Assembly: GCA_030583825.1 (NCBI GenBank)
Contig: CP129477.1
Coordinates: 247,252 to 311,251 of the forward strand
DNA length: 64,000 nucleotides
From: Candidatus Dojkabacteria bacterium
GTDB taxonomy: Bacteria; Patescibacteriota; Dojkabacteria; GCA-002793355
Reading direction: 5' to 3'
The stretch's first letter is position 1. Each line of letters starts with the position of its first letter. Below, piece by piece: positions 7,412-15,965 of this stretch. Below the pieces are notes generated by a model. That model ran no database searches, was not told where the DNA came from, and was given only the letters and a program-made list of their open reading frames with translations. The translations under genes and the position numbers were made by a program.

Positions 7412-10400
7412 TTATTGTGATTTTTCTATAATTGCTATCTCCTCGGGTGTTAGTTCATAAATCTTATAAACTCTTTGGTCAATTTGCTTACCTAAATTAC
7501 TAATTTGACTCTGTAAATTCCTCAATTCATTCTGTTTTGACTTAAACCAATTGAAAAGTTCTTCTGTCTTATCAAGTGTCATTTTTATTTTCTTTTGTTC
7601 TATAATCTCAACCAATTCATTCCAACCCATATCAATCAATTCACCTTTGATGGAAAACTTCCCATCAAAATGTAAATAGTTATTAAGAAACGATAATGAT
7701 TGAATATTTAACCCCTCATACAGCTCAATAGCTTTTTCTATTTGTTTATAAAGTAATGCTAAGTCTTGCTGTATATCTTTTGTAGGAATATTTATAGGTA
7801 TCTTTGAAAGGTTAACACTTTTGACCTCTGGGAAGACTCTTCCTTTTTCAGGAACTAAAAATCTATAAACAAAACCTATCAAGGTTGAATTTAATATTGT
7901 GGCTAATGATTCTAGGCTGATGCCTTCAGTTTTTAGGGTTAAATTATAAACATTGTTTAAGTTTAATCTACCTTGTACATCTACGGCACAAATAATCCTA
8001 TCCGCTGTTTGTCTAATTACTATCTTTTTCTGAGAGAAATCAAGGGAATTTCTCGGTTCAGCAAGCCATTCACCATAAGCAAGCCATCTACTGGAATCAG
8101 ATATGAAAAACTGCTTAATATCTCCGCCAATTATATACTTTTGGTAAGAGTCATCTTTTTTATCAATCCCATCGTAAATTCTCTTTCTTACAATGTCCTC
8201 ATCTTGAGCTGGTTTACCTTTTCCTTTCTGGTAGGGTTTTATTCCTACTGTTGGCTTTGCGACTTCATCTAATCTAACTGCTTTTGAAAAAATTTTATCA
8301 ATTATCTTTATTGAATTTTCATCATAGTCTAGATTAAACCCATTTGATATATTTTTCCTCCATGTATCCGAATTAGCTATACTTCTTTCTTGATTTATAA
8401 ATGATTCTAATTGTTTAATACTTCTAGTCTGTATTTCATAATGTTTTATAACTGATGACTTTTGACATACAAGAATTGATGTTTCTGCTGTTACTTCTTG
8501 AAATGCTTGATATTTTAGTAACTCAACTATAATAAGCTTGTTTTCAAGTAGAAGTTGTCGGATTTTTTCAAAATAGTGCATTGCAAGCCATGTTGAGGGA
8601 ACTATGAAACCAATGTATCCATTCTCCTTCACTAACATTAGTGACTTCTCAATGAATGCTATGTATGTTTCAAATTGATACTCTGTATGTTTATAATTCT
8701 CAGATATATACTTCTTCTCATTTGGTTTTAATTCAGCTCCCCATGGAGGGTTTCCAATAATTACATCAAACCCGCCGTCCTGCATAATATCCTTAAATTC
8801 AGCATTCCAGTTGAAAGCCTTGTTACCAGCAATTTCAGGGTCATCAATTAGTGAGTTACCACACTTAATATTCTTATCTAAATTCTGCAAAGGCTCACTG
8901 CTTCTAGCTGTCTTTAACCATAGTGCTAACTTAGTTATTTCAACACTTTCTTGATTCAGGTCAACACCGTATAGATTATTCAAAAGAATAGATTTATTGT
9001 TTTCAGCAGGGTTATAGTCAAAGAGGGTTTGTGACTCTCCTTTTGCCTGTTTCTCCGCAATTAAAGCGTCATACCTTGCTTTATACTCGTTTCTAAGAAA
9101 TGAATGGGCTTGATTTAAGAAAGCACCGCTACCACAAGCAGGGTCAAGTATCTTAATTGTGCTTAATTTGTCAGGGTATTCTTCTAAATATTTGCCTACA
9201 GTATTTTCTACAATGTATCGGGTTATGTATTCAGGAGTGTAGAATATCCCATCCTTTTTTCTTCTACCTTTCTTTTCAACTGATTTATCTACAGTTCCAA
9301 TAACAACTTTATCTCCTGATTCTGTAAGCAAGTTCCCACCTTGTTCAAGCTCAAGATGGATATTCTCTTTAATAGTCTCTAAATCGCTAATACTTTGCTC
9401 AAAAATATGACCTAAAATGTTTACATTCAAATCGGTTTCAAAGTCATACTCTGCAAGGTGCATTAAATGACTCCAAAAATCATCTTTAATTGATAGATTA
9501 TCCAGTAAATCATCAAAGGCAAATAACCCTCCATTGTAAGCATTTATAGGCGGTTTAACTCTGTTGTTTCCTTTATCAATTGCAATGAATAAACCCTTAA
9601 ATTCAGTCCATACTCTTTCGTCACTTGGAGAAAGTGAATTGATGGCTCTATCGTAGGTATTCTTAACGATATTTAGGGGGAGTAACGAGCTTGTATCTTC
9701 ACAAAACAAAGTGAATATAAATCTATCAAGTAACTTCTGGGTTTTCTCAAGTAATAATACTTTGTTTACAGTTGGGTTGTTTTGAGATAAATGATTAAGC
9801 AATCCCAAACGAACCTCTTTATATTCAGAATAGAACTTTTTAGTGATGTCTTGTTCTGCCTCAGTCGTGTCTTTGGCTAAAACATCAATAATGCTTTCCT
9901 TCTCTTTAGATATAAGGTTTTCTTGTGAGAGTAGGAAATAAAATCTTTTTAGTTCGTTTTCTTGAATTAAATCAATAACATCAAATTTTTCATAATACTC
10001 TTGAGTTTTATGCTTGTTATAAAGTCTAATCTCTTTGAAATTTGAAACTATAATCCAATTACAACCATCGTATTTAGTAGCGTATAAATAAGCCTGTTCA
10101 ATTGGTGTTAGCTTCTCAGAACCTCTATTTTGCCTTTTATCAAGCTGAGTTTTTGCATCTTTTAACTCAATTACCGCTTTAGTTAATTTTGTTTCTTTAC
10201 TAAACCAACCTAAGCTACCATCAGGCTCTTTACTATCGTTTTCAATTCTAGGGTGCTGTATGAGGGTCCATTCTTCATTCCCTGTGGTTACATCGCTATA
10301 ACCTAAAATAGCCTCAAAAAAGGTGCTTAAAAACTTCCCTTGCACACTTTTTTCCTTTGTCTTTTCAAGGTCACTATCTTTAAGGGCTTTTTGCCAACCT

Positions 10401-10495
10401 TCAAGAAGTTTCTTTGCAATTTCTAGCCTTTCAGCGTTAGGAAACTCAAAAGAGTGCATCTTTTGCTGTAGTAGCTTTTTGTTTATTAAATTCAT
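7412..10495 (-). CDS. Type IIG restriction-modification enzyme (MmeI/Eco57I-like): a fused PD-(D/E)xK endonuclease, gamma-class N6-adenine methyltransferase and target-recognition domain.
   Basis: The N-terminal nuclease motif EPDGSLGW...IELKDAK. MTase motif I (ILDPACGSGAFL) and motif IV (IIGNPPWG). A C-terminal TaqI-like specificity region. 1027 aa. Confidence 0.75.
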   Translation of the reverse strand: MNLINKKLLQQKMHSFEFPNAERLEIAKKLLEGWQKALKDSDLEKTKEKSVQGKFLSTFFEAILGYSDVTTGNEEWTLIQHPRIENDSKEPDGSLGWFSKETKLTKAVIELKDAKTQLDKRQNRGSEKLTPIEQAYLYATKYDGCNWIIVSNFKEIRLYNKHKTQEYYEKFDVIDLIQENELKRFYFLLSQENLISKEKESIIDVLAKDTTEAEQDITKKFYSEYKEVRLGLLNHLSQNNPTVNKVLLLEKTQKLLDRFIFTLFCEDTSSLLPLNIVKNTYDRAINSLSPSDERVWTEFKGLFIAIDKGNNRVKPPINAYNGGLFAFDDLLDNLSIKDDFWSHLMHLAEYDFETDLNVNILGHIFEQSISDLETIKENIHLELEQGGNLLTESGDKVVIGTVDKSVEKKGRRKKDGIFYTPEYITRYIVENTVGKYLEEYPDKLSTIKILDPACGSGAFLNQAHSFLRNEYKARYDALIAEKQAKGESQTLFDYNPAENNKSILLNNLYGVDLNQESVEITKLALWLKTARSSEPLQNLDKNIKCGNSLIDDPEIAGNKAFNWNAEFKDIMQDGGFDVIIGNPPWGAELKPNEKKYISENYKHTEYQFETYIAFIEKSLMLVKENGYIGFIVPSTWLAMHYFEKIRQLLLENKLIIVELLKYQAFQEVTAETSILVCQKSSVIKHYEIQTRSIKQLESFINQERSIANSDTWRKNISNGFNLDYDENSIKIIDKIFSKAVRLDEVAKPTVGIKPYQKGKGKPAQDEDIVRKRIYDGIDKKDDSYQKYIIGGDIKQFFISDSSRWLAYGEWLAEPRNSLDFSQKKIVIRQTADRIICAVDVQGRLNLNNVYNLTLKTEGISLESLATILNSTLIGFVYRFLVPEKGRVFPEVKSVNLSKIPINIPTKDIQQDLALLYKQIEKAIELYEGLNIQSLSFLNNYLHFDGKFSIKGELIDMGWNELVEIIEQKKIKMTLDKTEELFNWFKSKQNELRNLQSQISNLGKQIDQRVYKIYELTPEEIAIIEKSQ

Positions 10496-10517
10496 GTTCT
10501 AATCCTTATATTTATTG

Positions 10518-12269
10518 TTAAATACTCTCAAAGTAATTCCTTATACTTTGTGATAATAGCTTTTTTCTTTGAGTTAAAAATTCTGAATAGTTTAACTCGT
10601 AAAACTTATACGGTAGGGCATGATTCTTTAATACAGTTTCTAAATCAGTCCTACTGTATTGTTCAAATTCCTTAAAGTAATCCATTGGTGAGTTATCAGA
10701 AATTACAATGTTTGTTTTGTAGTCAAGATAAAGATAGTTCGCTACTTGATTCTGTTCTGTCTGTTCAACAATACCGATACCATTCAAATAATTCTTTGGG
10801 AATATATGGTGTTTATCCAAGCGAGCTTTCTTAACTGTAATTACAGGGTCAAACAGGTCTGATATTTTCTTAGTAGAAAATAGTAGGTCGACATTATTTC
10901 TAATCTGTGAAGCTATAAATACCAGCCATTGAGGATTCTTTGAATAAGATGATGTCAGCAATGCAGGCATCGTAATTTCCCAAAAGTCATTTGTTATTTC
11001 TGATTGTATTCTGCTATCCAATAGAGAAATAAACTCATCACCATTTTTTGCGTTTCTAATTAAAGCTAAATCGCTTTCAAAGTAGCTTTCTGATGAACCT
11101 GAATATCTTGATTTTAATGCTGACATTAAAAACCATCTTGAAACTATTCTTTCAAGCTTATGAAATTCAATATTAAACCTGTATTTGCCAATTAAGTAGA
11201 AGGCGTAAGAATAGAAGAAATTTGTTCTTGAGGTAATTAAATCACTATGCTTAAACCCTAACGACTGAATAAGATTTATATAATCGTGCCAAGTAGTATT
11301 ATCAAGTCCATTGGAGACATACTCTTCAAGCTCATTAAATCGCTTTTGTTTTAGTTCTTCAATAAATTCTCTTGTTTCAAAATCTCTACCTCGTAGAAGC
11401 GAGTAAACATCGCTCATTCTACCTCTGTTAAAACCATATCCAACTATAGCTCTAAGTATTTCTCCTGGTTTAACATCAATGAGATGATTAAATGATGAGT
11501 ACTGTAAACCCTGAGAATTTGGATTATTGCTTTGCATTGAGAAGTCCTCAATCTTCTTGCGTCCACTTTCCCAAAATACAGATAATAGGGTCAAAACAAA
11601 ATCAGATTGTTTTAGTACAACTCCTTTGCTGTTCACCCGAACAAAGATACTAGCAACCGTTTCTTCATCAACATTTTCTGCTATCTCTAAAATCGTAAAA
11701 TCATAAGACAGAATTGACCTTAAATGTGTAATGTTTTGAGAGATTATTTCTTCTTGTTCTTGTGTAGTGTCCTTATTAGCTTTTAACCTTTGAATAAACT
11801 CATTTATAAAGCGATACTCGCTAAAATCATTTTGAAACAAAAGGCTAATATCTGTAATGTATTCAACATCTCTATCAGTTGCGACATTGGAAACTTCAAA
11901 CTTCTCTAATAATGGATTAAAAGCTATTTTAATACGCTTTTCTTTATAATTTGCATCAATAATCGGAATCCCTTTTATTGTGGCAAATAGAGCGGTAAGT
12001 CTTTGTTGACCATCAATAATCAAGCTTTTTGCGTTACTTTCCTTTTTATCAGTGCCAATATCTTTTCTGTTATTGTCATTCACGTTCTCCCAAAAGAGAA
12101 GATAACCAACGGGATAACCTCTATAGATTGAGTCAAACAAATCTCTAACCTTGGTTGTATCCCACACGAAAGGACGTTGAATATCAGGTAAGGCTATCTT
12201 ACCGTGGTCAATATCGTTTATCAGTGTTTGAATCGGATATTGCGTAGTCTTAAAAATTGTTTTACTCAT
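10518..12269 (-). CDS. GmrSD-family type IV (modification-dependent) restriction endonuclease-like protein with DUF262 and DUF1524 domains
   Basis: DUF262 motifs (IQRPFVWD, IIDGQQRLTALF) and the DUF1524 His-Me finger (DKHHIFPKNYL). It lies 22 bp upstream of the type IIG gene on the same strand. Confidence 0.75.
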   Translation of the reverse strand: MSKTIFKTTQYPIQTLINDIDHGKIALPDIQRPFVWDTTKVRDLFDSIYRGYPVGYLLFWENVNDNNRKDIGTDKKESNAKSLIIDGQQRLTALFATIKGIPIIDANYKEKRIKIAFNPLLEKFEVSNVATDRDVEYITDISLLFQNDFSEYRFINEFIQRLKANKDTTQEQEEIISQNITHLRSILSYDFTILEIAENVDEETVASIFVRVNSKGVVLKQSDFVLTLLSVFWESGRKKIEDFSMQSNNPNSQGLQYSSFNHLIDVKPGEILRAIVGYGFNRGRMSDVYSLLRGRDFETREFIEELKQKRFNELEEYVSNGLDNTTWHDYINLIQSLGFKHSDLITSRTNFFYSYAFYLIGKYRFNIEFHKLERIVSRWFLMSALKSRYSGSSESYFESDLALIRNAKNGDEFISLLDSRIQSEITNDFWEITMPALLTSSYSKNPQWLVFIASQIRNNVDLLFSTKKISDLFDPVITVKKARLDKHHIFPKNYLNGIGIVEQTEQNQVANYLYLDYKTNIVISDNSPMDYFKEFEQYSRTDLETVLKNHALPYKFYELNYSEFLTQRKKLLSQSIRNYFESI

Positions 12270-12303
12270 AGTGTCTTATACTTATTTTGGTTCTAATTAG
12301 TTA

Positions 12304-12477
12304 CTATACCTTTGATTTTTCAATCAAAGCTTCAATATCTGATTTTTTAATCATATATTTTTTCCCAACTCTAAAGGCTTTAAGCTTTCCCTGTTTAATC
12401 CAACGGTAAATAGTCATATAAACGACTTTCAGCATTTCCGCCACTTCCTCAATTGTGTAGTATTTTTCTTCTTCCAT
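12304..12477 (-). CDS. Excisionase/AlpA-family helix-turn-helix DNA-binding protein (57 aa). Not in the ORF track.
   Basis: Manual translation gives MEEEKYYTIEEVAEMLKVVYMTIYRWIKQGKLKAFRVGKKYMIKKSDIEALIEKSKV. The pattern is the classic Xis/MerR-superfamily HTH. It lies 34 bp upstream of the DUF262 gene on the same strand. Confidence 0.65.
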   Translation of the reverse strand: MEEEKYYTIEEVAEMLKVVYMTIYRWIKQGKLKAFRVGKKYMIKKSDIEALIEKSKV

Positions 12478-12562
12478 TATTTATATTGTTTTGATTTGTT
12501 TAACATTATTTTACTTTTCAAGTATAATTCATTGTAAATAAAAATTAAAGATAAGTATAAAT

Positions 12563-13369
12563 ATGAGAAAAATATCTGAATTTATAACTAGTCCACTGGT
12601 GTTCAAAATCCTCATTGTATTAGTAATTATCCTAGCAGTAATAGCCTCTATATTCATTTATGAAAATCCAATTCATCCCTTAACTAGTCTGCTCAATTCA
12701 AACTATTTTGTCGCTTTAGTAACTGGTATTGCTGGAGCTGTAGCATTTTTAATATATTTTAAGCAGAAAGCTGACACTAAGCGTGATGCGGCTAAAACTA
12801 TCCTTGCTGAAATTACTAATTCAGAAAAAACAATCCAAGAAGTTAAGAATATTAAGAAGTTCTCAGGATATATGAATTTAGACCCTGACCCTTTGAAGTT
12901 TTACTTAGGCAATTTTAGCTGGAATCAGTATAAGTACCTTTTTATTGGAGATTTTGATTCGTACGAGTGGGAAAAGATAAACCAATATTTCTCACAGTGT
13001 GGTACTTTCAATGAAGCCATCAAAAATATTGCTAATTTATTGCCACAAAACATTGAATATAGGATGCAATTTCTTCAACAAGAACTAGCCAAAATAGCAA
13101 GTGAACAAGCAGATGAGGTAGCAAAACTTGAGAAACCTGATGGCAAAAATGATAAAACAAGACAAGAAAAAATCAAAGAGATAAGTGAAAAGTATGAGCA
13201 AAAGGGTAAGGATTTTGTTTTTGGATATATAGAAGCAGAAAAGACATCTCTAAAGTATGTGTATACACCTGCCAATGCATATGAACCATTGAATAGGGAA
13301 CTTGATAAAATTGATACTGAAATTAGTAAATCAAGTATTGGGAAAAAACTAGTTAAATTAGCTCGCTAG
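12563..13369 (+). CDS. Membrane protein with two N-terminal TM helices and a C-terminal coiled-coil domain. Unknown function.
   Basis: TM1 near residues 12-33 and TM2 near 49-67, followed by a charged helical region (QFLQQELAKIASEQADEVAKLEK...). It is transcribed divergently from the HTH-GmrSD-IIG operon and has its own TATAAT box. Confidence 0.5.
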   Translation: MRKISEFITSPLVFKILIVLVIILAVIASIFIYENPIHPLTSLLNSNYFVALVTGIAGAVAFLIYFKQKADTKRDAAKTILAEITNSEKTIQEVKNIKKFSGYMNLDPDPLKFYLGNFSWNQYKYLFIGDFDSYEWEKINQYFSQCGTFNEAIKNIANLLPQNIEYRMQFLQQELAKIASEQADEVAKLEKPDGKNDKTRQEKIKEISEKYEQKGKDFVFGYIEAEKTSLKYVYTPANAYEPLNRELDKIDTEISKSSIGKKLVKLAR

Positions 13370-13425
13370 ATTAAGGTAGTGGGTCATCATTGCGTTTCTA
13401 ATTTCACGCCACAATCCACCCCAAT

Positions 13426-13804
13426 TTAGTCTTTCTGCCGATTGAATATACTATCAAAGGGTTTCATTAGGGAATATTGGAGCATTCCATCTCTCAAAAA
13501 GAGGTTCTGACGTGTCAGTTTTATAATCTCTCTTTTTTCATCATGTTCAGAACCTAGAAAAAGCTCATACGAACGTGAAGCGAGCTCTAATAGCGTAGAT
13601 GCCGTTATATAATAGTCTTCATCTGCTTGCTCTAAGCGAGAAAGCTTATCTCTAAAATCCTGTTGTTCTGCTCTATATTTTTTATTAAATTTGTCATATT
13701 CTTCCTGAGTAATCCCCTATAAAACGTGCAAGTTCATGCCCACTGGCTTCAGTTTTTTCAACTATATAATCAAGAATTTTTCCAGATGTCTTTTCAATAG
13801 CCAT
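13426..13804 (-). pseudogene. Frameshifted gene relic. It encodes an HTH-like N-terminus plus a coiled-coil domain, about 125 aa if repaired.
   Basis: Frame 1 reads MAIEKTSGKILDYIVEKTEASGHELARFIGDYSGRI*. The continuation in another frame reads TQEEYDKFNKKYRAEQQDFRDKLSRLEQADEDYYITASTLLELASRSYELFLGSEHDEKREIIKLTRQNLFLRDGMLQYSLMKPFD. A single indel is implied. Confidence 0.35.
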
Positions 13805-13963
13805 AAGTAATTGTAGCAAATAAAGTTCCTAGTTAATTAGGAACCATACGGTGAATTCATTTTTTATTAAGATAGTATTAGTTCTTTGCATTTCTTAAAA
13901 ATTTTATTTAATATTCTTAACACATACAAAAAATAATTAACCTCAAACGCATTACTTCATTAA

Positions 13964-14308
13964 ATGAAAGACTACTCAAAATATCTGAATAATAAATCTC
14001 CAGACGTTGCTTATATTTTGAATGAGCTTTTTGTAATTCTTGATAAGATTACAGCTAAAGACTACGAAGTAGAGGAAAAGCAAACCTCGCTGCATATCGT
14101 AAAAAGCTCTGCTTTTCTCGGTGTTCATTTTCTCAAAGACAAACTACGATTAAATATAGTGCTTAACCACGTAGCTACCTCGGATAAATTGCATAAATCT
14201 GAGCAGGTCTCTAAAAACCGATTTCATAACGAAATTGACTTGAGAACAGTCAAAGATTTATCTGATATAGAGATGCTCATTAAAGAAGCATATTTTCTAA
14301 AGACTTAG
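13964..14308 (+). CDS. Hypothetical protein (114 aa). Faint resemblance to a DUF5655-type small domain.
   Basis: ORF with normal composition. The family assignment is from memory only and weak. Confidence 0.4.
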   Translation: MKDYSKYLNNKSPDVAYILNELFVILDKITAKDYEVEEKQTSLHIVKSSAFLGVHFLKDKLRLNIVLNHVATSDKLHKSEQVSKNRFHNEIDLRTVKDLSDIEMLIKEAYFLKT

Positions 14309-14399
14309 ACAGATGTTTTCAAGTTTATTCATGTTTATTTTTAGCTCTATTCTTCGGTTCAGGAACTGGTCTAATAAGTGACCCCATACAAAGATTTCA

Positions 14400-15959
14400 T
14401 CACTTTTCAACAACCCTCACAACCTCAAACACTGCCTGATCTCCCTGCATCACCACCTCTTCTTCAGAATACGTATAACCGTACTTTTCTAACGACCTCA
14501 AAACCCTCATCGCAGTAGAATTAGGGTTTGCCCGTGAGGCACTATGAAAAACAAAAACCATTCCCTCTTCGGTCAAATAATGCGCTTGAATATACGCATC
14601 AAACTCCTCATCGGAAAGATGATCAATTGTCCAGAATTCTTCGGAATATTTATGCGGCGTATAGTCAAAAATAATTAATTGATTATATATTCCCCAATCG
14701 AGGACATTAACTCGCTCGGACGAAGACTTAGTAAATGTGGCAAGCGTATCTATTGCCGGAGCCCAAATAAAGAGTTTCGGATTATTAAAATGATACAGCG
14801 TAGAAGCAGAGAGTACGCTCCACACTATCCCCAGTGAAACCAAGCTTAGCACTACTCCTTGCCAGGATATCTTCATCACGCGTACAAAAAGTAAAGAAAG
14901 GGAAAAATTCCAGAATACCAAAAGCTGTGCCGTATGCCACGTCGCTATTGCCTGCGTCGTGATAATAATTTGGGCAAACACAAGCAGTAATATCAACCCC
15001 ACAGAAAATAAAATGCCGGGATGCTTTATATGCTGCATCACACGTCGAAGATTGAGCTTTTCATTTTGGCGAAGCAGTATACTAAAAAGCGGTGCAAGAA
15101 GGATTCCTAAAATAAGCACATCTACCCAGAATGGAATATCGAGAAAATGAAACCGTATAAAGCCTGTTCCCGTAATCGTCGTAATGGCATTTTGCACTTT
15201 TAAACCAATCGTTGATACGACAGCAGCAAGCGAATATGTGTTTGAAACATGAAATTTGAGAGATACAAATATAAACAGAAGGTATGGCATAGAGAAGGAG
15301 ACAAAAAACGCGCCAAGTTGACCAAATTTCTTCTCTTTTAAAAAGCTAAGAAAGTTTCTCCAACTCGAAAGGAATATCACTGCAACAAAAGCATTTGCAA
15401 TCCAAATAAAGTTTAGCTTGTTATATGTACCGATCGCCAAAAAGATTGGAAGCACGAGCAGATACATCAACTTTTGCGTTTTTGTATACAGAATAAATAG
15501 TCCAAGAACAATTTGGGTGATAACAAATTCAATAACGCTTGGGCCAATATCTAAGCGACTCTGAAATATGATCGCAGGGTTCAATAGTGACAGGAACAGA
15601 TATACAAATGCGCTCTGCTTGTCATATTGCCTATAGAGAAACCAAGAGAATACCACAACGGAGCTTACTGCCAGTATAACCATTGGAATTCTAATAGTCT
15701 CGTAGCTCACTCCCAGCAAAAAGAATATCGGCATATAGAGCAAGGATTTTAATCCACCGATATATGCCATCAGAAAAAGTGTAATCCTTCCAATTTTGGA
15801 AGCTACAAAGCCGTCTAAGTAACCTCCTCGAGCTGCGTTAACAAATAAGACTTCGTCGTAATGAAAGCCTGGAGTTGAAATATTGAAAAGTGCAAAAAAG
15901 AGAAAAATAGCAACAATAATTAGCGGCATCAGCAGCCACACGGCAGGTTTAAACTTCAT
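14400..15959 (-). CDS. Polytopic membrane protein, probable GT-C fold glycosyltransferase (ArnT/PMT-like)
   Basis: At least 10 TM helices. An acidic first-loop motif (FHYDEVLFVNAARG) typical of GT-C enzymes. A C-terminal soluble domain. Confidence 0.45.
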   Translation of the reverse strand: MKFKPAVWLLMPLIIVAIFLFFALFNISTPGFHYDEVLFVNAARGGYLDGFVASKIGRITLFLMAYIGGLKSLLYMPIFFLLGVSYETIRIPMVILAVSSVVVFSWFLYRQYDKQSAFVYLFLSLLNPAIIFQSRLDIGPSVIEFVITQIVLGLFILYTKTQKLMYLLVLPIFLAIGTYNKLNFIWIANAFVAVIFLSSWRNFLSFLKEKKFGQLGAFFVSFSMPYLLFIFVSLKFHVSNTYSLAAVVSTIGLKVQNAITTITGTGFIRFHFLDIPFWVDVLILGILLAPLFSILLRQNEKLNLRRVMQHIKHPGILFSVGLILLLVFAQIIITTQAIATWHTAQLLVFWNFSLSLLFVRVMKISWQGVVLSLVSLGIVWSVLSASTLYHFNNPKLFIWAPAIDTLATFTKSSSERVNVLDWGIYNQLIIFDYTPHKYSEEFWTIDHLSDEEFDAYIQAHYLTEEGMVFVFHSASRANPNSTAMRVLRSLEKYGYTYSEEEVVMQGDQAVFEVVRVVEK

Positions 15960-15965
15960 TACCTA

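Noticed and set aside
13400-13430. Possible attR-like repeat of the tRNA-His 3' end (CCACAATCCACCCCAATTT against CCATCAGCCACCCATTTT)
   Set aside because: The match is only about 70% over 18 nt and cannot be distinguished from chance by eye. Kept as a hint only.
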